NCBI GenBank assembly: GCA_040219255.1 | Contig: JAVJSW010000077.1 | Span: forward strand, 32,001-96,000 | Direction: 5' to 3' | DNA length: 64,000 nucleotides | Source: Sumerlaeia bacterium | Lineage (GTDB): Bacteria; Sumerlaeota; Sumerlaeia; SLMS01; JAHLLQ01 | Shown: piece after piece, positions 57,614 to 64,000 of the stretch | Numbering within the stretch: position 1 is the stretch's first letter | Layout: each line of letters opens with the position of its first letter | Notes under the pieces: model-generated | Databases searched by the model: none | Told to the model about the DNA's origin: nothing | Seen by the model: only the letters and a program-made list of their open reading frames with translations | Translations under genes and position numbers: made by a program

Positions 57614-58033
57614 ATGGACACTTTTCCCCACGGTTTTCTCGCTGATCTTTACTGCCTGACGTCGCTGTCGGGCGCCGACTTCGACCGCATCGAGGGCCCG
57701 GCCGGGTTTCACGATACGGACCCGGGCGAATGGCTCGCCCCGCCCGCGTGGCTGCCCGCCCTCTCCGGCGGCGAAATCGAGAGCGCTCAATGCTTTCTCG
57801 GCCTCGACAGCTTCTCCGGCACCACCGCCGGACGCATCGCCAAGGTCAACGGCCCGGACCTGATCCTGCGGCTACAGGAAACGGCACTGGCCTTCGGCCA
57901 ATCGGTCGACGTGGTCAGCGACCTCTTGCAGGCCGTTATCGATCAGTCCAACCGCCTCAAAGCCCTCGCCCAGAACGGCGTCTCAGTGGTGCGCCCGTCC
58001 GGAAGCAACGCGCGGGTGTTGATTCCGGCGTAA
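57614..58033 (+). CDS. Hypothetical protein
   Basis: GC3-biased ORF filling the gap; no motif recognised. Confidence 0.55.
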   Translation: MDTFPHGFLADLYCLTSLSGADFDRIEGPAGFHDTDPGEWLAPPAWLPALSGGEIESAQCFLGLDSFSGTTAGRIAKVNGPDLILRLQETALAFGQSVDVVSDLLQAVIDQSNRLKALAQNGVSVVRPSGSNARVLIPA

Positions 58034-58038
58034 GCCCC

Positions 58039-58338
58039 CTACCGCCCCGCGTACGTCAAACAACTCACCTTGCCAGCCTGCATGCCGACTTGCACTTCGC
58101 CGGCGGTGCACATCAGGTCTTTATTGTGCTGGCAGGAGGCGGCTTTGCAGGCGCCGACGTTGGCGACGGTGGCTTGTGTGCCGCCATGGCCCGAGGTGCT
58201 GGCGGGGGTGTAGGTGCCGCAGGTGGCGGGCGAGGGATCGTCGATGGTGATCGCCAGAGCGTGGCACGCCGAGCCTTCGTTGAAGGCGCAATCGGTCACT
58301 TGGCAGGTATTCACTTTGGTCGCGGTGGGAGCAGTCAT
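58039..58338 (-). CDS. DUF1540 tandem Cys-rich domain protein
   Basis: Two C....C..N....C.A..I.(I/V)......C.TY units; GGAGGA RBS. Confidence 0.85.
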   Translation of the reverse strand: MTAPTATKVNTCQVTDCAFNEGSACHALAITIDDPSPATCGTYTPASTSGHGGTQATVANVGACKAASCQHNKDLMCTAGEVQVGMQAGKVSCLTYAGR

Positions 58339-58466
58339 TTGATCAGTCCTCCATTGCAGGTTCTACATACTCTGCACAGGAGGAATTCGTTTGTCAAGAT
58401 GTTGGCGGACGGTGAACTTTTTTGGCTATCCAAATCGGATGTTTGGTGTAGCAAAATTCCCGTGCG

Positions 58467-59564
58467 TCAATCGTTCGTCGTCATCCGCGGGATTTGCAGG
58501 CAGGCCGAGCACGCCTCCGGGACCTCGCCGCGGCGCCATGTCTTGCGGAATTCGACGAAGCGCGGGTCGTCGAGGATCTCCACGAAATCCTTCAGCGACA
58601 AACTGCCCATAACACCATCGTCCTGTGGACGGTCTTCTTTGGCGATATAGGGCATCACGTCCAGTTTGTTCAAATAGCAGCAGGAAGAAACATTGCCGAC
58701 ATAGTCGATAAAGATATTCTGACTTGGCTTCACGGCGCATTCGCCGTCGCGCAGGAACCGGCGCGGCTGCACCACCAGGTCCATGCCGGTCTCTTCGGCC
58801 ACTTGGCGGGCGTCGGCGACAGCCTTCCGGTAGGTGGCTTCTTCCTCGTCCGTCAAGTCCGCCACGATGCCCGTGTTCCAGAGCGCGCCCGCCAAATCTT
58901 CCCGGTTGATGGCCGTTTCCATGTGCTTGGCGGTAAAGCGATCGAGGCCGATTTCGGAGGCCATGCGTACCGCTTTGGGCAGTTCCGTGATGTTGGCCTT
59001 CATCAGCACCATGGTCCATTCGATGCGCGTCTGGGCGCCCATTTCCTCGCGCAACGCCACCATATGGGCGAGGCGCTCCATCAAAAGCTCGAAGGTCCCC
59101 TTGCCCCGCACCGCCTCGTAGGTTTCCGGCTCGGATCCATCGCAGGAGACGTTGATCGTATCGACGCCGGTTTCCAGGATGCGGCGGCTCAGCGGTTCCT
59201 TGAGCAAAAGCCCGTTCGTCGTGAAGCAGGTCCAGGTGCCGGCGTCCTTGCAGGCCTGGAGCATTTCGACGAACTGCTTGTGCATCAGGGGTTCGCCCCA
59301 GCCCGTCAGGTGAATGTACTTGAAACGGTTGAGGACCGGGCCGACGCGCTGGTGAAAGAGGTCCATCGGGAACATGCCCTGCAAATCCGCGTCGAAATGG
59401 CGCGGACACATGATGCACTTGAGGTTACAGCGGTAGGACGTCTCGATGTTCAGTGTATCGGGGAAATCGAGCGGCAGCGAGTCCGGGTCCAGCGGCTGCA
59501 GCCGCGTGGCCAGATGTCTGTGGACAAAGGACTTGAGCTTTCCAAGCAAAACAGGAGCGGACAT
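58467..59564 (-). CDS. Radical SAM protein with SPASM/twitch domain
   Basis: CNLKCIMC, GWGEPL, TTNG.LL, C....I...GNV..CC...G.L...C..C. Confidence 0.92.
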   Translation of the reverse strand: MSAPVLLGKLKSFVHRHLATRLQPLDPDSLPLDFPDTLNIETSYRCNLKCIMCPRHFDADLQGMFPMDLFHQRVGPVLNRFKYIHLTGWGEPLMHKQFVEMLQACKDAGTWTCFTTNGLLLKEPLSRRILETGVDTINVSCDGSEPETYEAVRGKGTFELLMERLAHMVALREEMGAQTRIEWTMVLMKANITELPKAVRMASEIGLDRFTAKHMETAINREDLAGALWNTGIVADLTDEEEATYRKAVADARQVAEETGMDLVVQPRRFLRDGECAVKPSQNIFIDYVGNVSSCCYLNKLDVMPYIAKEDRPQDDGVMGSLSLKDFVEILDDPRFVEFRKTWRRGEVPEACSACLQIPRMTTND

Positions 59565-59699
59565 ACGAGCGGCCTGCGATTCTCCCCGGTGGTGGGCGTG
59601 GCGAAAGCGGGCTCGCGAGCCCGCCAAGACAATGAAAAGCGTCGTGCGCGGGGGGCCTTCGTGTCAACCCTTGGGGCTTTGGCCTTCGCCGCCCCCGCG

Positions 59700-60022
59700 A
59701 TCCTTCACCACAGAGGGCACAAAGGACAGAGGTTCCACAGAGATCATTTGAAAGGTGTGGTCAGGAAAGTGAGCTGTCTGCGCCAAGTCAACCGAACGAA
59801 GAAATCTGCGAATGAATCCCAAATCCGAATACTTGCCAGACCCAAATAAAGTCGCGGCAATTCTGGCATTTTCCTGCATCGATAATCTCTTCTTGAAAAG
59901 AACGGACCGCCGTTTTCCAGTCACCCACCCACGAACCGAGGCATGCCGGTGGTTCCGGCTAACTTCAAAAGCGCCAATCATCTCTGCGTTCTCCGTGTCT
60001 CAGCGGTGATTTCTTGAAGGAT
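59700..60022. repeat. Degenerate inverted-repeat-bounded intergenic element related to 33687-33872
   Basis: Left atccttcaccacagagggcac...cacagagatcatttg; right ccaatcatctctgcgttctccgtgtctcagcggtgatttcttgaaggat; lower-GC interior. Confidence 0.65.
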
Positions 60023-60215
60023 TTGGGCGCCGCCCCGGCGGGAGCGATTGTGAAAGGGCGGGGAGGATGGCGAGTCGCCACCTCGGAAGAAGGAGCCGTT
60101 TGGACCGCCTGAACCCCCTTGCACTTTTCTCCACCCTCCTGCTAACCCAGTCGCATCTCAATGGACCGGCGGTTCCGCTTCGGGATGGGCGGGCCTGCCA
60201 GGAGAGGTTTCGCAG

Positions 60216-60851
60216 GTGAATTCGGAAGAACTGTCCGCGACGGATGTCGTGAAATTAGTGGAGAGCTTGATCGGCCGGGTCGCCCAAATCGATGGGGAGA
60301 GGGAGACGGGCGAATTCGGCCACTATCTCCATCAGTTGCCCATCAGCCAGCGCGCCCTCGATCCATTGATCGCGGGGCTATCCCACGAGAGCCGAACCGT
60401 CCGCCACTTCTGCGCGCGGGCTTTGGGAAGGCTGGCCGATCCCTTCGAGACACCGACGCTGGGCCGGGCCGCCGTGGCGCCCGCGGTGCCTGCTCTCATG
60501 GACCGGCTGCGCCGCGAGGCCCCGCCGGTCGAGTCCAAGTTCGTCTACCTCACCGCACTCGCCACCCTCGGATCCTACGCGCGGGAAGCCATGCCGCTGC
60601 TGCGCGAATTGATGACGTGGTGGCCCCGGCCCGAGCGGTTGCTGATCGCCGTGGCGATGGCGGAAATCGCCGACAAATCCGACCCTCAGGCGCTCGATTC
60701 CATCGTCGGCGTGGCGGTCTCGGAAACCAGTTCTCACAATCAGGCCCGCCTGATCGAGGCTCTGTACCGGCTGCGATTTGGGCGCTGGCCGAAAGAAATG
60801 GAACGGGAGATGGAAAGCGGCGAGGCCGCGGAGGCTCAGGCCGGGTCCTGA
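60216..60851 (+). CDS. HEAT-repeat protein
   Basis: PLIAGL.HE...VR...ARALGRL; AVPAL...L; AL..LG..A..A.PLL. Confidence 0.75.
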   Translation: MNSEELSATDVVKLVESLIGRVAQIDGERETGEFGHYLHQLPISQRALDPLIAGLSHESRTVRHFCARALGRLADPFETPTLGRAAVAPAVPALMDRLRREAPPVESKFVYLTALATLGSYAREAMPLLRELMTWWPRPERLLIAVAMAEIADKSDPQALDSIVGVAVSETSSHNQARLIEALYRLRFGRWPKEMEREMESGEAAEAQAGS

Positions 60852-61189
60852 ATCGCGCCCTCGAGGCGCTTCATCGCTTCCTCGATCACCAGCGCATCGT
60901 CCACATAGCCCACTTCGTGATACTCGTCTTCGATATAATCGGCTTGGGCGAAGAAGTATTTCATCGCTGCCGTGGCGGTGGCGCGCTGTTCGGCGGTCAA
61001 TTCCGCTCCCCCGCAAAGCGCGTTCTGCATCGCGTCGAGGCGCTTGAGCATGACCCCGAACATGCGGTGGCCGTGGTCGTTGAATCCGGCGCGCTGCTTC
61101 GCGAACTGCGAGCAGACCCAATCGGTGTCGGTCGGGCGAAGGCCAGCGATGGTCTGATCGAGAAGATCGCGGTGAACTTTCGGTGGCAT
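60836..61189 (-). CDS. DUF1232/YkvA-like protein
   Basis: AAMKYF...ADYIED....VGYVDDALVI. Confidence 0.7.
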   Translation of the reverse strand: MPPKVHRDLLDQTIAGLRPTDTDWVCSQFAKQRAGFNDHGHRMFGVMLKRLDAMQNALCGGAELTAEQRATATAAMKYFFAQADYIEDEYHEVGYVDDALVIEEAMKRLEGAIQDPA

Positions 61190-61274
61190 GGCGGCGGGGG
61201 CCTTTCGAGGAGGTCGGCCAAAGGATTCCCCGGCCTCGCCGGGTGCGGTCAACGCCCAATGCGGGGCAATCGCG

Positions 61275-62789
61275 TCATCCCCGGGCGATGGCTTTTTCCA
61301 GCGTCTCGCAGACGGTGCGCAGGACTTGCACCCGGGCGTGGCGTTTGCACTCGCCCTCCACGATGGTCCAGGGCGCGTAATCCGTCGAAGTGCGCTCCAC
61401 CATTTCTTCCACGGCGGCTTCGTAGAGTCCCCATTTCTCGCGGTTGCGCCAATCCTCGTCCGTCATCTTGAACTGCTTGAGAGAATCCGCCTGGCGCGCT
61501 TCAAAGCGCCGGAGCTGCTCCCCGGGCGAAATGTGGATCCAGAACTTCACGAGCGCGACTCGGCTCTCCCACCATTGGCGCTCGAACTCGTTGATTTCGT
61601 CGTAGGCGCGGCGCCATTCCGCCTCCGTGGCGAACCCTTCGATCCGCTCGACAAGAATGCGCCCGTGCCAGGAGCGGTCGAAAATCACCATGTGCCCGCG
61701 GCGGGGCCCGTGGCGCCAGAAGCGCCAGAGGTAATGGTGAGCCTTTTCCTCCGCGCTCGGGGCGGAAATCGGCACCACCTGATAGCCGCGCGGATCCAGG
61801 GTCGCCGTCAGACGCCGGATGCTGCCCCCCTTGCCCGCCGCGTCCCAACCCTCGTAGGCTACCGCCAGAGCAACGCCCGCCTGGGCGGCGCGGTGCTGCA
61901 ACCGGCGCAGGCGAATCTGGTACTCGACCTTTTGCTTTTCGTAGCCGTCCTTGCTCAAACTGTGGGTCAGGTTGACCCGGCTCAGGATGGGCGTTTCCCC
62001 CGGCGGCGGAGCGTAGCGGCGTGGCGGCGGACCGGCCAGATCGGCCTCCTTGCGGCCGATGGCTTGGCGCAGTGCGCTCGCCAGCTCCTCGGCCACCTTC
62101 ATCCGGCGCCAGCGCTTATCGTTCGCGTCCACTACGAGCCAGGGCGATTCCGGATTGTGCGTGCGGGTGAGCAGTTCGCGCGCCGCCCGCATCATATCGT
62201 CATAGAGATGATGGCGCTCCCATTCCAGATCGGTCACGGTAAACTGGCGATAGGGGTCCTTCTCCGCCGCCTTCAAGCGCTTGCGCTGCTGCTTCTTGGT
62301 GATGTGGAGCCAGAATTTCAGCACCACCATGCCATCCGCCGCCAGCATCCGTTCCGTCTCTCGAATAGAACGATAGGCCGATTCCAGCTCCGGCCCTGTC
62401 ACCCGGCCGTCCACATGCTCGTCCAACACGCGGCGGTACCAGGACCGCTCGAAGAACGCGACGCGGCCCTTGGCGGGCATCCGCAGCCAGAAGCGCCGCA
62501 GCCAGGCGTTGCCCTGATCGCAAGGCCCCGGTTCGCCAAAGGCGCTCACTTCGAACCCGCGCGGGTCCAGGGCCTCCGTCAGGTGGCGGATCGTGTCGCC
62601 CTTGCCCGCCGTCCCGAGACCCGACAAGACCACCAGCACCGGAATCCCCAGTTCGCGGGCACGCTGCTGGAGAGCCCGCAGTTCGATTTTCAGCTCGGGA
62701 AAGCGCGCCTGATAGTCGCCCTTGCTCAACTGGGGCGTGGGATCGTCTTCGGCGGGAAGTTCGGGGACGGGGGTGGGGGTGGAAATCAT
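61275..62789 (-). CDS. pap: Polyphosphate:AMP phosphotransferase (two-domain PPK2)
   Basis: Tandem PPK2 domains: GLGTAGKG / EGWDAAGKGG, LDPRG, F(E/D)RSW, KFW.HI. Confidence 0.92.
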   Translation of the reverse strand: MISTPTPVPELPAEDDPTPQLSKGDYQARFPELKIELRALQQRARELGIPVLVVLSGLGTAGKGDTIRHLTEALDPRGFEVSAFGEPGPCDQGNAWLRRFWLRMPAKGRVAFFERSWYRRVLDEHVDGRVTGPELESAYRSIRETERMLAADGMVVLKFWLHITKKQQRKRLKAAEKDPYRQFTVTDLEWERHHLYDDMMRAARELLTRTHNPESPWLVVDANDKRWRRMKVAEELASALRQAIGRKEADLAGPPPRRYAPPPGETPILSRVNLTHSLSKDGYEKQKVEYQIRLRRLQHRAAQAGVALAVAYEGWDAAGKGGSIRRLTATLDPRGYQVVPISAPSAEEKAHHYLWRFWRHGPRRGHMVIFDRSWHGRILVERIEGFATEAEWRRAYDEINEFERQWWESRVALVKFWIHISPGEQLRRFEARQADSLKQFKMTDEDWRNREKWGLYEAAVEEMVERTSTDYAPWTIVEGECKRHARVQVLRTVCETLEKAIARG

Positions 62790-63085
62790 TCGCTGAGGGC
62801 ATCTTCCACAGTCACGTGGGGCGGGAGAATTCGCAGGATAAGAATGTCGTTTTCACGAACCTGATAGAGGAGCAACCTCTTCTCGAAGACGAAGGTCCGT
62901 AACCCTTGCGCTTCCGGGTGATCGCCCGGGCGCCCGAAGAAGGGATGATCCGCAAGATTCCGCCTCATCCGTTCGGAACTGTCATAAAACTCCTCGGCTT
63001 TGTCCGGCGAAATTCGATCGAGATAAATCGCCCACTCCGCCAAGTCGATTTCCCCTGAGTAGGTCGTCTCTATCGGCAGGCTCAC
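62786..63085 (-). CDS. RelE/ParE family toxin
   Basis: DL.E...YL...SP..A..F, LA.HP..GRP, LR, LLYQV....ILILRIL. Confidence 0.85.
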   Translation of the reverse strand: MSLPIETTYSGEIDLAEWAIYLDRISPDKAEEFYDSSERMRRNLADHPFFGRPGDHPEAQGLRTFVFEKRLLLYQVRENDILILRILPPHVTVEDALSE

Positions 63086-63348
63086 GAGACCGGCTTTTGA
63101 CTTTCCGGTTCCAGCCGTTCGGCGACCATTTTCTTGATGCGTTCGATGTCGAAGGGGCGCGTGCGGCCTTCGCGAAAATCGTCAATCGCCGGGCGCAACT
63201 GCTCACGGATCCACTCCGCCTCGCGCTCCTTCATCCGCCGCAGGGCCTCCAGCGCCTCGCGCATCACCGCCTCCGGCGATTCGTACTGGCCGCTGGCCAA
63301 TTGCTCGCGCACGAACTTCTCGTATTCCGGATCGAGGGTCACTTGCAT
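63082..63348 (-). CDS. ParD family (CC2985-like) antitoxin
   Basis: MQVTL.PE.EKFV...LASGQY.S..AVMREAL. Confidence 0.88.
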   Translation of the reverse strand: MQVTLDPEYEKFVREQLASGQYESPEAVMREALEALRRMKEREAEWIREQLRPAIDDFREGRTRPFDIERIKKMVAERLEPESQKPVS

Positions 63349-63470
63349 GGTCGTTCCGCCTTTCCGGGCGCAAAAGGAAAGCCCGGTGTCAGAATGCCAA
63401 ATGCCGCGGGAAGCTGGCAAAGCAAAAAGACACCGGGCGAAGTCCCGAGGGATTCTGCGAAGGCTTGAAC

Positions 63471-64000
63471 CTACTGGTTCATCGCCTCCAGGAAATCCTC
63501 GTTGTGATCCGTTTTGCGCAGGCGGGACAGCAGGAACTCGGCCGCCTCGATGCTGTTCAGTTCACTGAGGATCTTGCGCAGGAGCCAGATGCGTTGCAGG
63601 TGCTTCTCGCTGATGAGCAGTTCCTCTTTGCGGGTGCCAGAGCGCAGGATGTCGATGGCTGGGAAGATACGCCGGTCCGCCAGCTTGCGGTCCAGATTCA
63701 CTTCCATGTTGCCGGTGCCCTTGAACTCCTCGAAAATCACATCGTCCATGCGGCTGCCGGTTTCGATCAGGGCGGTGGCGACGATGGTCAGGCTGCCGCC
63801 TTCCTCGATATTGCGGGCCGCGCCGAAGAAGCGCTTCGGCTTGTAAAGCGCGTTGGCGTCGATACCGCCAGAGAGCACCTTGCCGCTCTGAGGCGTGACG
63901 GTGTTGTAGGCGCGAGCGAGGCGGGTGATGGAGTCGAGGAGAATGACGACGTCGCGGCCGTGCTCGACGAGGCGCTTGGCCTTTTCACTCACCATTTCCG
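63471..64000 (-). CDS. rho: Transcription termination factor Rho (C-terminal part; 5' end outside window)
   Basis: [61 protein letters not shown]. Confidence 0.98.
   Translation of the reverse strand, partial: EMVSEKAKRLVEHGRDVVILLDSITRLARAYNTVTPQSGKVLSGGIDANALYKPKRFFGAARNIEEGGSLTIVATALIETGSRMDDVIFEEFKGTGNMEVNLDRKLADRRIFPAIDILRSGTRKEELLISEKHLQRIWLLRKILSELNSIEAAEFLLSRLRKTDHNEDFLEAMNQ

Noticed and set aside
59664-60009. Short ORFs 59664-59981 (-) and 59812-60009 (+)
   Set aside because: Lie in the inverted-repeat element, atypical codon usage, no recognisable motif

Overview
High-GC chromosome segment from a diderm, LPS-producing bacterium (WaaF present; the surface-protein style suggests Ca. 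Sumerlaeota/PVC-like, which is only an impression). 1-3918 is the right end of an integrative element inserted in tRNA-Pro(GGG): HTH replication protein with internal iteron-like repeats, HTH protein, serine recombinase, low-GC membrane cargo gene, tyrosine integrase, and the displaced 3' tRNA half. 4139-21490 is a convergent surface-glycan locus (O-antigen-ligase/GT87 fusion, second ligase, two GT4s, MsbA/PglK-like ABC, methyltransferase, a GH50-like multidomain protein and a secreted surface protein). 26478-33642 is an eight-gene operon behind a Fur-type box that joins a PilG/H/I-like ABC module to a His-rich ZrgABCD-like (DUF3299) module; this is my best candidate for an undescribed system. 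Also present: a catalytically dead LMW-PTP fused to a J-domain, two related inverted-repeat-bounded AT-richer intergenic elements, a GH13 with an internal CBM-like insertion plus an XylR-like regulator, EF-G2, type III PKS, waaF, gabT-SSADH, recD2, DUF58-transglutaminase, radical SAM, PPK2/pap, parDE and the 3' part of rho. All family calls come from motif recognition by eye; no searches were run.
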